Shown here piece after piece: positions 9,086 to 19,405 of a stretch of 64,000 nucleotides of DNA. A program made the translations under genes and the position numbers. Position 1 is the first letter of the stretch. The number at the start of each line of letters is the position of its first letter. The notes beneath the pieces are model-generated. The model was given only the letters and a program-made list of their open reading frames with translations. It did no database searches and had not been told where the DNA came from. This DNA comes from Candidatus Poribacteria bacterium (GTDB taxonomy: Bacteria > Poribacteria > WGA-4E > WGA-3G), in the NCBI GenBank assembly GCA_965204285.1, contig OZ241980.1:4269987-4333986 (forward strand), given 5' to 3'.

Positions 9086-9886
9086 ATGACACGCATACAA
9101 TACTGGGGGCTTGCCGCCCTCATTATTCTATTGACTGGAGCCGCCATTCTATTGACTGGAGCCGCCGTGATGTGGTATCGACACGGACTTGCAGAAATCC
9201 GCCAACTTGAACAAGAGGCTGCAGCAGCAGAAAAACTGTTAGCGGAAAGCAACAAGGAAAAAGAAACGCCTGAGGAAGTTAACGCTGACAGTGTCAACAC
9301 TGAAGAAGATGATAAAGTGAAAGTATCTGATGCAGATATAGAGAAATTTCTCAAGGAACTTGCTGCGGAGGGAAAAATCTCTGAGGCAGACGTAGAGAAA
9401 TTAGTTGCGGATGTTGCTGCGGAGGAGGAAGAGGTGAAGGACACTCTCTCGCCTGAAGAGTTAGCAAAACGAGAGAATCGGCGAAAAGCGCGGGAACTCT
9501 GGGACAAAATTGGCAATATAATTGGCGGAGGTATACACTCTTCAACGCATCCAGAAGAGATGCAAGAGTTGGTTCGCCTTTTTGAAGAAGCCGCAGGAGG
9601 TCCCACCATACTTACCGACATGAATAATTTAGCAACGGTACTCCATAAATATATGGACACAAACGGTAATGTGCGTACTTCCGATCTCTTAAAAATTGCA
9701 GATGCCCATGAATCCGTACCCGGCGAATTTGGCGAATTCATGACCGCTCCTGCAACGTTTTATCGTCAGTTAGCACAATATGCCACTACTAAAGGCTACG
9801 ATGAAATTAATATTTACGAGATAATTACAAATCCTCCTGATGACTTTGAAAAAGTTCTGAAGGAGTATTATGAGTCGACCAAATGA
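9086..9886 (+). CDS. hypothetical membrane-anchored acidic protein
   Basis: AGGAGG RBS. N-terminal TM helix containing a perfect 2x21-nt tandem duplication (ILLTGAA twice). E/K-rich coiled coil. Confidence 0.5.
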   Translation: MTRIQYWGLAALIILLTGAAILLTGAAVMWYRHGLAEIRQLEQEAAAAEKLLAESNKEKETPEEVNADSVNTEEDDKVKVSDADIEKFLKELAAEGKISEADVEKLVADVAAEEEEVKDTLSPEELAKRENRRKARELWDKIGNIIGGGIHSSTHPEEMQELVRLFEEAAGGPTILTDMNNLATVLHKYMDTNGNVRTSDLLKIADAHESVPGEFGEFMTAPATFYRQLAQYATTKGYDEINIYEIITNPPDDFEKVLKEYYESTK

Positions 9887-10065
9887 TGCCTAAACCTCGC
9901 GGAGGGTTTTACGACATTATAGTCCAACCGATAATTATGGACACACTTTAGCATCTGTCTGCTCTCCCCTCGCTTGCGGGGCGGGATAAGAGGGTAGGCT
10001 TTTCATGTGTCCGCTTAATTGTCGAATCTTCTATAATTCTCTATTTCTTGTGGTTTTATTGGTGT

Positions 10066-11973
10066 TTACCAATGCTTAAACGAATACATCCGCTGTCCGA
10101 AAGATAAACCCAAAATCGCCCATAAACTGCCCATGACAAATTCACCCAACATTGCACCAAAAAATAGCGGTAATGCCTTACGGTATGCACCAATTCCGCC
10201 GTGCCGGACAAGTATGGACTTTATTACCCATGCTAAGAACACAGGAAACCAAAGCCTCCCAAAGTTCCAATTGCCAGCAAGCGGATAGGCGAGTGGGTGA
10301 AGTTGCCACCAGATAAAACGCAATCGCATAAAAAGTGTGCTTAAAGTCAGAACAATGCCGAATCCGAAGAAGCCGAGATGCCGCCATTCTGTTTCACTCG
10401 GAAATGTCAACCAGCGTTGAAGGTCATTAAACGCTTCTTGCCCACGCCATGTTCCCAAACTTCCGTGTAGATAGCCAGCGTGTAGGAAGGCGACAAACCC
10501 AATAAGCAGTCCAATAACAGACGATCCCCACATGACCCAAAGCAGTTGACGACTGTTGATTGCACCTTTTTCAGCAAGCTTAAAACCTTCAAGTTGATTC
10601 GGCATCGGTTGCGAACGATAGTTGCGGGTAAACCCGTAGAGGAATGCAAATCCCGTTAAGGTTTGTGCCCCAATCTTCCTTGAACCGAAAAGTGAAGTTA
10701 GGAAAAAACTTGGACCGGCACGATAGAAATCCTGTGTCGGTGTTCCGAGTTCTGCCCGCATCCGTGTGAACGCCAAAACCAGTATGAAATGGATACTGAA
10801 AAATCCAACGATTCCCCACCACGACATGCCTGCCTTTAGGCAAAATCCAAACACAATGGCAATACTAATCAGAAATCCGAAAAACGCACTGCGATACCCT
10901 ATCGGTTCACTTGACGAATCAAGGTCAGTTCTCATACCAATGATATTGCGAAATACTTTCCATAAGTGCTTATGCGTTATCCAAAGTGCAAAGAAACACA
11001 GTCCAAAGTATGCACCAAGCGATTGCATATCAATATGCGGGTAACCAGGTGTTTGGTTCAAACCTGACATAGCCCCGAATATAAGTTGCACTTTCCAAAA
11101 AAGATAGAACACCCAGCAAGATAACGACAAATCAAGCGGCATTAAAAAACCGATGCCGATGGCGTAAGGATTTAGGTGAATAGGGGTTGAACCAATTGCG
11201 TTTAAGGGTTTTTCAGTAAACAACCGCCCAATGTCATGTCGAATAGGAATCGCGGGAACAAAGGGAAAAAGGAAATTCATCCCGTTTAGCAGGTCAAGTC
11301 CTAATCCTACGCCGAATCCGATCCAAAGGAGTCTATTACGGTAGAAAACACTGCCTTTCGTCATTTCAAACGGAAGTAAAATAATAGGGTAACTCAGTTT
11401 TTCGTGTTCAATCCACTGTTTTCGGAGAATCGCGCTCAGCATTATCATAGAAAAAGCGAGCGCAGAAAAGAAAAGTAACCAGAACAGGACAGGCGTGAGC
11501 CATGCCCGAATGTGATCTATTTCAAACAGATTCGATGTGCCTTCGTAATAACCTGTCAAGGCATTGCGATCCATCACAGCAATCCAGTCCGGTATATGCC
11601 GAAAGAAAAGGGATTGCCACTCATTTTCAGGTGTAGCGAACCAACTTGCATGCCCAAGAATACACATCGTTGCCTGCAACAAATCATGTCCGCAGACAAC
11701 GCATGCAAGCGTTACCATGAGATATGTTGTAAGCATTTCTCCTTGTGTCAGCTGCCATTTCGGAAGATATCGTGTTAGGAATAGGTTACAGATTGCAACA
11801 AGGAATAGCGTAAAGACGGCGTTGAAAAAGATCGCCATCGTGGTAGGATATTGTGTTGTCCAGACAGTTTCTGTTTGAACAACAAGGTATATATTGAGGG
11901 GAAGCGACAGCAGACCTATAATTATGGCTCGCCAGGTGATATTTTCAGTTGATAAGCGAGGCGATTTATCCAT
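10066..11973 (-). CDS. large polytopic integral membrane protein (at least 12 predicted TM helices), function unknown
   Basis: 635-aa ORF with many hydrophobic segments. Possibly a DUF678x-type family; not assignable by eye. Confidence 0.55.
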   Translation of the reverse strand: MDKSPRLSTENITWRAIIIGLLSLPLNIYLVVQTETVWTTQYPTTMAIFFNAVFTLFLVAICNLFLTRYLPKWQLTQGEMLTTYLMVTLACVVCGHDLLQATMCILGHASWFATPENEWQSLFFRHIPDWIAVMDRNALTGYYEGTSNLFEIDHIRAWLTPVLFWLLFFSALAFSMIMLSAILRKQWIEHEKLSYPIILLPFEMTKGSVFYRNRLLWIGFGVGLGLDLLNGMNFLFPFVPAIPIRHDIGRLFTEKPLNAIGSTPIHLNPYAIGIGFLMPLDLSLSCWVFYLFWKVQLIFGAMSGLNQTPGYPHIDMQSLGAYFGLCFFALWITHKHLWKVFRNIIGMRTDLDSSSEPIGYRSAFFGFLISIAIVFGFCLKAGMSWWGIVGFFSIHFILVLAFTRMRAELGTPTQDFYRAGPSFFLTSLFGSRKIGAQTLTGFAFLYGFTRNYRSQPMPNQLEGFKLAEKGAINSRQLLWVMWGSSVIGLLIGFVAFLHAGYLHGSLGTWRGQEAFNDLQRWLTFPSETEWRHLGFFGFGIVLTLSTLFMRLRFIWWQLHPLAYPLAGNWNFGRLWFPVFLAWVIKSILVRHGGIGAYRKALPLFFGAMLGEFVMGSLWAILGLSFGQRMYSFKHW

Positions 11974-11999
11974 ACGTCTGTATCGGTTTTTGATAGTGT

Positions 12000-13970
12000 T
12001 TAGAACGCACGTTCAACGCCAATAAAAAGCTGCGGTTGAGGTGATGTATCTGACGGTGAATCAAGCGGAAATGCCAACTCAATACGAAAGATACCTGCGT
12101 CGCTTACCTGGGAAACGCTACCGCGCAACCCAAATCCTACGCTCGGTTTTACTTCTTTTATATCAAATGTATTATAACTATCCCAGATGTAACCGATATC
12201 CGTGAATGCAGTTGCACTCAAAACGAGGCCAAGATCAACGATACGGTCTTTGATAAAAGGCTTAGCAAAGAATGTAGCAACCTTGGTCAGACCGTCATTC
12301 ATCTTTCTGAAAAAGTCACCGCCGCAAAGGGTACGGCTTTCTATACTTAGCACCATCATTTTTTCACCGTTAAACTGTCGCAGTCCGTATCCACGCAAAC
12401 CGTTGACAGCACCTAAGACAACTTGGCTTTCACCGCGCCATCCAAACTGCATCTCCGATTTAAATTGAGCGACAAATGTCTGTTGAAAATCAAATAAACC
12501 GTTCTCACGAAATCCTGTGTCTACTCTATAAATATCACCTGTGTTGAATACATCTCGGAAAAATAATGCACTTCGTGCTTGAAGGACAGAACGTTCAATT
12601 TGATTAGTAAAACTTGTTGCAAATTTAATAAGCGCTGTTCCAAAAAAACGATTCTGACTCACCCAACCACCATTTAAACCGAGGTCTGCATAATATTCGG
12701 TGCGCTCAGAACCAAACAGTGGAGAAGCATATCCAAAGGAAGTGCTGAATTGAGAGCCACTCAAAAAATCTTCATCTCCTCCCATTCCTCTGAGGAATCG
12801 TGTTTGATGAAACCCAACATTCCTCCGCCCCAAGGTTATCCCTACACGTTTGATGTTACGATTTAATGGCGCTGCGTCGGATTGGGCAATAGATTCAATT
12901 GACAGATAACTTTTACGGTGTGAATTTACCCAGAGTCCTATGTAGTTTTGATGATGACGGTCGCCAAAGTACCGAAGTATATTTCCGGATGTCTTGTGGA
13001 GGGTTCGCTCAAAAGTGTCTGTTTCTTTGCCGTCTTCATACCAACGGACATGATTTATCGATTCAGAGACGCTAAAATTTGTACTCCAACGACTTTTTAA
13101 GGTATACTGGGGTCGTTCCAATAACACACGCCATGAATCACCTTCTCGCTCTTGGATGTATTCACTATCTAAATTCCAATGGGAATCGACGAGGCGAGGC
13201 ATCCGATATTTAAATGTAAATATACCTCGTGTTTTTTCTCCGATTTCGCTAATTCGCTCATATCTTATTTGCCCTGCTTGTCCAGACCCAAAAATATTAG
13301 CTTCTCTGACTTGAGCCAGAAAATACCCACTCTGGTTGTTAATTCCTGGGTCAAGCGCTCCGGTTATAGAAAAAAGTTCTGTAACGGTGACATGAATTGA
13401 GACACTTTCCAATTCTACATCCCACTTCGGTTCTATCTTTGCTGCACCGATATACCGTTTCTGTCTCAGAATCCGTTCACTTTCTTTTTTATCTGCTTCT
13501 ATGTACACATCACCTTTTTCAAATAGCAGTTCACGTAAAATAACGTTATCTCTCGTTTTCGTATTTCCGGACAGTGTAATTGTGCCAATTTTTCCCTCAT
13601 CTATCTCAACCCCGATAAAAACGCCATCCTCATATTTTTTAGGCGATTCGGTCACTCTTGCATAAGTGATGCCTTTGTTGCGTAAAAAACGAGTGATCCT
13701 TTCGGAATCTTCTTTCAATACTTCAACGTCATAAGGTTTTTCTTTTTTTGTTTGCATTAGTTCAAGAATTTGTATTTTAGAAAATGACTGATTGCCTGAT
13801 ATTACAACACTACGGACAATGTTTGCTTGGTCTGCAAAGGCGGATTGTAAGTTGAGACAGAACAACACAACAAGATATAAAAAACTATAGTGTACAAAGG
13901 TGGCAAGGTGGCGCACAAAATAAGCAGGAAAAGTGCAGAAAAAAGAAGAGATCCCTTTAGATTTTTCCAT
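12000..13970 (-). CDS. Omp85/BamA-like outer-membrane protein (POTRA repeats plus beta-barrel)
   Basis: Signal peptide. POTRA-like N-terminal repeats. C-terminal barrel with aromatic-rich strands and terminal ...GVERAF (C-terminal Phe). Confidence 0.65.
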   Translation of the reverse strand: MEKSKGISSFFCTFPAYFVRHLATFVHYSFLYLVVLFCLNLQSAFADQANIVRSVVISGNQSFSKIQILELMQTKKEKPYDVEVLKEDSERITRFLRNKGITYARVTESPKKYEDGVFIGVEIDEGKIGTITLSGNTKTRDNVILRELLFEKGDVYIEADKKESERILRQKRYIGAAKIEPKWDVELESVSIHVTVTELFSITGALDPGINNQSGYFLAQVREANIFGSGQAGQIRYERISEIGEKTRGIFTFKYRMPRLVDSHWNLDSEYIQEREGDSWRVLLERPQYTLKSRWSTNFSVSESINHVRWYEDGKETDTFERTLHKTSGNILRYFGDRHHQNYIGLWVNSHRKSYLSIESIAQSDAAPLNRNIKRVGITLGRRNVGFHQTRFLRGMGGDEDFLSGSQFSTSFGYASPLFGSERTEYYADLGLNGGWVSQNRFFGTALIKFATSFTNQIERSVLQARSALFFRDVFNTGDIYRVDTGFRENGLFDFQQTFVAQFKSEMQFGWRGESQVVLGAVNGLRGYGLRQFNGEKMMVLSIESRTLCGGDFFRKMNDGLTKVATFFAKPFIKDRIVDLGLVLSATAFTDIGYIWDSYNTFDIKEVKPSVGFGLRGSVSQVSDAGIFRIELAFPLDSPSDTSPQPQLFIGVERAF

Positions 13971-16048
13971 TATGCTTCACCTGCAGTTAATGTGCTGGCG
14001 CGGTTAGAAAGAAATCCTTCCAGAAGTAAGAGACAAACTGCTAAAATTAGCAATTCTCCCCAAATTTCCCTGCCATGTCTTTTGATGTCCAGTGCTTCAG
14101 TGTCCAATTCACCTATTTCATTCGTCGAACTGGCTTGTGCGTTTACGCGTTGAGATGCCTGCTGAAGGGAAATTGAAGTTAAATTGGCTTCAGCAGTTGG
14201 GGTGTTGACAGCAAAGAAATCTCGGAACAGTCTATCTTTTGTTTTGACATCTATTTGATAAATACCGGGAAATTCTGTAGCCTCAAAACGTGTCGTACCA
14301 TCTTCACCAATTGGAACCGCTGTCATGGCATTTTCATCTGATGATTCAAGTCTTTTGATCCACGCTCTTCCTCCGGAATTTTCAGGGAAACTGGCAAGGT
14401 AGGCTTCTCCGACGTTTATATTTTTTTCTGTGCCACTGTGCATTACATACAACACACTATGTTGAAGAAGAGGTAAGAAATATGGATTTACAAGTAGCTC
14501 GCTATTATTAGGTTGTTGCTGGAGTCCGCAGTTGAAGAATAAAATATGGCTTTTCCCTTCACGCCGTTCTACGAGAAATGGTGTTTCATCTTCAAAACGT
14601 GCAATAACGGTTGCATCCGATGCTGGCGTTACCGTCATACTCTGGTAAAATTGCGGTCCATATTGACCCGAAAAGACATTCTCAGGAAAAATCTCAAAGA
14701 TAGGGTGCGATTCCTCATATTTGCTGACCTGTTGCGGTATCTGCCATATAATTGGTTGACCGAATTGAACGGGTGTCCATGATAGGTTGTAATTAGTAGT
14801 GCCGAAAACAATTATACTTTTTCCTTGATGGATGAATCCTTGTAACTGTGCTTTAACCTTTGGAGAAATCTTTGGTACATCTGCAAGGAGGATAACATCG
14901 TATCCTTCAAGTGGAAATGTCTCAAATTCTGCGGGAGTGCACTCCGTGGGTTGTATCATAGATGATTGTGCTGGTGCTTCCGTAGTTTGCTTGCTAACCA
15001 TTGGATTCAATACCAAATTTAGATATTCTGTCTGGTCGCCAACACAAAGCACCCGAATTTCACCGAGTGCTTCAAGAGCGAAATATTGCCGATTATCTGC
15101 ATTCAAGCGGTCAGCGGTTAACTCAAAAAATCCAGTATGCGTTCCTGGTGTTGAAAAAGTATGTGTTAAAGTGGTTACTATTGATTCATCTGCTGTAGCA
15201 GAAAATGTCTGTGTTTTCCTTTTCTTATCTCCTACATAAAAAATAAGTGTTGTTTGTGCTATAGGCGTATCAGAATAATTTCTAATCGTGGTGTTCAAGT
15301 GAAACGGTAAATCAACGCCGATTAGTTGATGAGAGGGTAGGATTTCTTCAATATTTGTATTATGTGGAATTCTTTCACTAACAGGTAAAAGGACAATTCG
15401 AGAGCCAGATCGATTTGCAATGGTTTCCCAATTGTTCCAACCGTTCTGCGCAAAATCGGATATTAAATACAGTTCTTTATTTTGTTGAGTTGACTCAGAG
15501 AGAATTTCGTGTGCAAGTTCAACGCTTGGTTGGACGTTTGTAGCGCGATGAGATACTTCCGCGTTTTGAATTGCTGCTATAACACTTTCAAGGTCAGGGG
15601 TAAGTTGCCAAAAAATAGGTTGTGGAATATCCGACATTAAAATGAGACTGGCAGAATCCCCATGCCGAAGTGAACGGAGTATGTCGGTAGCCAAAGTTTT
15701 TGCTTTCTCAAACCAAACACCGTCTACGTCTTGATACCCCATACTGTGGGAATTATCTAAAACAATTACCACGTCAGTTTTGGCTCGCACAGCAGCAAGC
15801 GGAAGACCGAGTGTTAGAAATGGGCGTGCCAAAGCGAGGGCGATTAGTGCCACAATTAACATGCGTAAAAGTAAAATCAGAAGTTGTTTAAGTTGTAGCC
15901 GCCGCACATTTTGACGATGTGCCGCAACCAAGAACATTAAACTACTAAAGTCTACAGTCACCGCTTGGCGGCGGCTCCATAGATGAATAAGCAGCGGAAT
16001 TCCAGCAGCGAATAAACCTAATAGAAATAGTGGGTTAAGAAAAGCCAA
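13970..16048 (-). CDS. BatA-like protein: N-terminal double-TM 'aerotolerance' domain plus von Willebrand factor A domain
   Basis: N-terminus MAFLNPLFLLGLFAAGIPLLIHLW (TIGR02226-like). vWA MIDAS start (VVIVLDNSHSM). Confidence 0.65.
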   Translation of the reverse strand: MAFLNPLFLLGLFAAGIPLLIHLWSRRQAVTVDFSSLMFLVAAHRQNVRRLQLKQLLILLLRMLIVALIALALARPFLTLGLPLAAVRAKTDVVIVLDNSHSMGYQDVDGVWFEKAKTLATDILRSLRHGDSASLILMSDIPQPIFWQLTPDLESVIAAIQNAEVSHRATNVQPSVELAHEILSESTQQNKELYLISDFAQNGWNNWETIANRSGSRIVLLPVSERIPHNTNIEEILPSHQLIGVDLPFHLNTTIRNYSDTPIAQTTLIFYVGDKKRKTQTFSATADESIVTTLTHTFSTPGTHTGFFELTADRLNADNRQYFALEALGEIRVLCVGDQTEYLNLVLNPMVSKQTTEAPAQSSMIQPTECTPAEFETFPLEGYDVILLADVPKISPKVKAQLQGFIHQGKSIIVFGTTNYNLSWTPVQFGQPIIWQIPQQVSKYEESHPIFEIFPENVFSGQYGPQFYQSMTVTPASDATVIARFEDETPFLVERREGKSHILFFNCGLQQQPNNSELLVNPYFLPLLQHSVLYVMHSGTEKNINVGEAYLASFPENSGGRAWIKRLESSDENAMTAVPIGEDGTTRFEATEFPGIYQIDVKTKDRLFRDFFAVNTPTAEANLTSISLQQASQRVNAQASSTNEIGELDTEALDIKRHGREIWGELLILAVCLLLLEGFLSNRASTLTAGEA

Positions 16049-16119
16049 TCGTAATCTGCTCCTGTTGATGGGTATTATCTACGAAAGTGGGTTTTATTCA
16101 TTTAAATCCGATCAATTCC

Positions 16120-17613
16120 TCATTCAACAACATCAATTTCAAGCTGATTGAGCGTACGGAAAACACCTTCAGTATATTCAGTCATCGTGTCAGATTCTAA
16201 GGTCCCGCCCCCAAGTTGAATGTGGTTCGCATCGGCGATAATTTGCCCTAATGTAGGATCCATTTGAATCCATGTCCCGACGTAGACTTCTGTCCAAAAA
16301 TGGTAATAAAATGCATCTCCAGCGAAAAATAGCCCTGAACAGATTCGCGCCGGAATTCCGACTGAACGCGCCATTGCTATTAGCAGGACGGTGTGTTCTG
16401 TACAGTCCCCCGAAAACGATTCAAGCGTTTTGAGTGATGAATTGAAACCACCGCTTAATTTTTTATTGCGGATAGATCTGTAAACCCACTCGCATAGCTT
16501 TTTTGCAGCTCGCCAAGAATTAACCTCACCGTCTAAGATTTCTACTGCTTTTGCGTGTATGTTCGGATGGGCGGCTTCAATAAAGGCTGTTGCCGAAAGA
16601 AAAGTTTGGAGTTCTGGATTCTGGATTGGTAAATCAACGCATTTGTCCTCATCAACATTTGGAGTCTCAATGGAAAGTTTTCCTGACCGCTCAGAATTTA
16701 CCTCAAGTTTCTGATGACTGCTTGTCATGATAGCTTCATTTAGGCTACCTTTTGAGAGTTGGACATTCGCTACCAACTGTGATGCGCCCCGTTTCAGTTT
16801 TTTTCCTGTAGGGATAATGCGAGTCCCCAACATAATATCAACCTCTTCAACGGCATCAAGGGCTTTTTCCCTATCTGTTTTCGTTGCCACCATAGAGAAT
16901 CCCATCATATCTGTTGCAGATTTGTAAGTTGTGCCGTCACGGGTAACCCACAAACGAGCGGTAATGCCACCCATAATGTCCATCTTCTGTTCAAGGATAT
17001 AGACCTGTTTTTCTTCAGAATCGTATGTTAAACTCGATTCATCTAAAACCTTAAGTTCTGTTTTGATGGATTGAAGTAGATCGAAACTGAAAGTATTATA
17101 GTTGAGTTTTTCACCAATTTTTAATCGGTCTTTAGATAACAGATAGTTTACTGCGACAGTATCAGAAATCGTATTGTCTGGGACAGCAATTTCTGATTCT
17201 GTTGTTTGACCGTTGAGTGTCGTCTTCATATATGCCACGTTATCTTTAATTTTTCCTTCAACTTTTTTCTCTCCAGATTCATTAGAGGTTGAAACGAAAT
17301 AGCGAGGCATAAAGTTAGAATCTGAATATTCAATACGATTGATCTCAATTTTCATTGTTTTTCCCAATCCCTTGAGTTGCATTACCGTATCTATTCTACT
17401 TCGCAGCATTTCCTCTCCTTGATACTCGGCTTTTTCGAGGTATATATGCATGTAACCTATTTTCATCCCCATCATGCTCAAATTATACCAATGTTCTTCG
17501 GGATGTTTTAACATTTCTTCAAATTTCAATTGTTCAGTCTCCGCAGCTTCGCAAATCAAGCAAAAAACCGTCAACAATAGCGCAGATATCCAGATAAATT
17601 GTGAGCATTTCAT
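16120..17613 (-). CDS. secreted transglutaminase-like cysteine-protease-fold protein
   Basis: Core motif SGDCTEHTVLLIAMARSVGIPARICSG, with FYYHFWTEVY downstream. Signal peptide. Confidence 0.7.
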   Translation of the reverse strand: MKCSQFIWISALLLTVFCLICEAAETEQLKFEEMLKHPEEHWYNLSMMGMKIGYMHIYLEKAEYQGEEMLRSRIDTVMQLKGLGKTMKIEINRIEYSDSNFMPRYFVSTSNESGEKKVEGKIKDNVAYMKTTLNGQTTESEIAVPDNTISDTVAVNYLLSKDRLKIGEKLNYNTFSFDLLQSIKTELKVLDESSLTYDSEEKQVYILEQKMDIMGGITARLWVTRDGTTYKSATDMMGFSMVATKTDREKALDAVEEVDIMLGTRIIPTGKKLKRGASQLVANVQLSKGSLNEAIMTSSHQKLEVNSERSGKLSIETPNVDEDKCVDLPIQNPELQTFLSATAFIEAAHPNIHAKAVEILDGEVNSWRAAKKLCEWVYRSIRNKKLSGGFNSSLKTLESFSGDCTEHTVLLIAMARSVGIPARICSGLFFAGDAFYYHFWTEVYVGTWIQMDPTLGQIIADANHIQLGGGTLESDTMTEYTEGVFRTLNQLEIDVVE

Positions 17614-17700
17614 AGTTATATCCCCTAATTAGATTAAATTTAGATTTCAAATTTATACCTATTGGAGTGTCCACTCCAAAATTATGAGTCAAAGAAATCG

Positions 17701-17766
17701 GGAATCGGAGTTCCCTCCTACAAAGACAGACCCATCTTCTGTAGGAGCGATCTCCGAATTGCGATA
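17701..17766 (-). repeat. copy of a dispersed intergenic repeat family, inverted relative to the 63.6-kb copies
   Basis: GGAATCGGAGTTCCCTCCTAC ... TGTAGGAGCGATCTCCGAATTGCGAT is the reverse complement of motifs at 63631-63790. Internal inverted repeat (CTCCTACA...TGTAGGAG). Confidence 0.6.
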
Positions 17767-17810
17767 TTTATCTATAAAATATGAGTAGACACAGCACTAT
17801 ATTCACTCAA

Positions 17811-18383
17811 TTAAGTCAGAGTTGCCATCGCAACCGTATGTGTGTTTCGTTGTTTAACCTTCCGATAGTTTCCAAATACTTGAATAAAATTGCGTTTAAT
17901 GAATTTTCGAAGCCCAGAAATTGTAACAACATATAGCCTACCATTTTGTTTGAGGTATCGCTTGGCATCAGCGAAGAATCTCTGTAAGAGTTCTTTACCA
18001 ACATTGGCGGGTAAATTAGAAGCTATCACATCAAAATGAACGTCGGGAAGATGGCTAAATCCGTTGCTTAAAAGAACATGGCAATTTTGAAGTCCATTTT
18101 GGTTCACATTTTTACGAGCATATTCTATTGCAACAAAATCTTTGTCCACCATGTAGACATCTGCTGTCTGTGCGCACTTTGACATCGCTACACCAATGGC
18201 ACCGTACCCACATCCAAGGTCAAGACAGGTATCGCCTTCTGCGATTTCTAACTGATCTATCAACAATTGTGTGCCTGCGTCTACAGCTTTTGGAGAAAAA
18301 AGTCCCCACGTAGTTGTAAAAGTAAGGTCGAATCCACGCAATTTCGTGTGAAAGGTGATCTCTGATTGTGTCTTTGGTGCCAT
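17811..18383 (-). CDS. class I SAM-dependent methyltransferase (MTS small-domain, RsmC/RlmG-like)
   Basis: LDLGCGYGAIGV (motif I), VIASNLP (motif IV-like). Confidence 0.6.
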   Translation of the reverse strand: MAPKTQSEITFHTKLRGFDLTFTTTWGLFSPKAVDAGTQLLIDQLEIAEGDTCLDLGCGYGAIGVAMSKCAQTADVYMVDKDFVAIEYARKNVNQNGLQNCHVLLSNGFSHLPDVHFDVIASNLPANVGKELLQRFFADAKRYLKQNGRLYVVTISGLRKFIKRNFIQVFGNYRKVKQRNTHTVAMATLT

Positions 18384-18399
18384 ACTTAGGAGTTTCGCT

Positions 18400-19374
18400 T
18401 TACCACTTTATCAATACACCGAGTGTATCTCCGGGCGTATTCCATAGCAGATCAAAGGCTGCTTTCGCTTCTGTATAGTGAAAACGATGCGTAATCATAT
18501 CAGATGCGCGAATCTCACCTTTTTGTATTTTTTGCAGCGCACGGGTAGCAATATTTGCGCGTGGCTCATCAGTAAGGATGCCTGCAACAAGCCGTTTGCT
18601 CATCATCTTTGACGAATGTAACGGGAGTGGTTTTTGTTGGTAAAGCGCAATGAGTTGAATGATTCCGTATTGACACACCATATCTTGCGCTTGTTCAAAA
18701 GATTTAACGCCTGCATGCCCACCGACACAATCTATAACTAAATCTGCACCTTTCCCATCGGTAAGGCGACGAACTGCTTGGACAGGGTCCTCTTCTTCAG
18801 CGTTTATTGATTCATCTGCACCGAGTTTGAGTGAAAGCTCACATCGTGACGGCAGTGCATCTACAGTGATAATCCGTTCAGGAGAATAACTACGGACGAC
18901 CTGCATCATCAAACTGCCAACCAAGCCTTGCCCCAAGACAACGACTGTGTCACCCTCTTTTATACCTGAAGAGTCTGCCCAAGCAACAGAACTGGTTGCA
19001 AGAGGAAGGAAAGTGCCCTCTTCAAAGCTGACATCTTCAGGAAGCGTAACAATTCGCGCATCAGTTGCGTTGGGTTCAGCAACTACGTATTCAGCATGTG
19101 GTGCCACAACCATCACCCGATCTCCAATATCATAATCCGTAACTTGATCTCCCGCGGCGTCTACAGTTCCCGTAAGGGAATATCCCATGATTGATGGTGA
19201 AACCGCTTCCTCAAGAATGTATCGTCTAAAAAGTTCAGAACCACGGCTTATTAAGGTTGTATCTGTTTTTACCCGTATTTGATTTGTGCTTATGTCTGGA
19301 ATCGGCACCTCTTCTAATTGGATATTGCCGAAGCCTTCTGGTTTAGTTACCCGAAACATGTTTCTAATCTCCAA
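18400..19374 (-). CDS. medium-chain dehydrogenase/reductase (MDR, GroES-like plus Rossmann) family oxidoreductase
   Basis: VVVLGQGLVGSLMMQ Rossmann motif and overall MDR architecture. Zn ligands not obvious. Confidence 0.5.
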   Translation of the reverse strand: MEIRNMFRVTKPEGFGNIQLEEVPIPDISTNQIRVKTDTTLISRGSELFRRYILEEAVSPSIMGYSLTGTVDAAGDQVTDYDIGDRVMVVAPHAEYVVAEPNATDARIVTLPEDVSFEEGTFLPLATSSVAWADSSGIKEGDTVVVLGQGLVGSLMMQVVRSYSPERIITVDALPSRCELSLKLGADESINAEEEDPVQAVRRLTDGKGADLVIDCVGGHAGVKSFEQAQDMVCQYGIIQLIALYQQKPLPLHSSKMMSKRLVAGILTDEPRANIATRALQKIQKGEIRASDMITHRFHYTEAKAAFDLLWNTPGDTLGVLIKW

Positions 19375-19405
19375 AGTTATTCCTGTCAGGGAATGAAATA
19401 AAGTA

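Noticed and set aside
8815-9741. 308-aa minus-strand ORF spanning two plus-strand genes
   Set aside because: It is a Ser/Phe-rich antisense translation of GAA/GAG-rich acidic coding sequence. Both plus-strand genes have strong RBS and ATG, and this ORF has none.
9886-10066. Candidate bidirectional terminator between convergent genes (CCCCTCGCTTGCGGGGCGGG...GAGGG)
   Set aside because: Only short, imperfect complementarity and no T-tract, so too weak to call.
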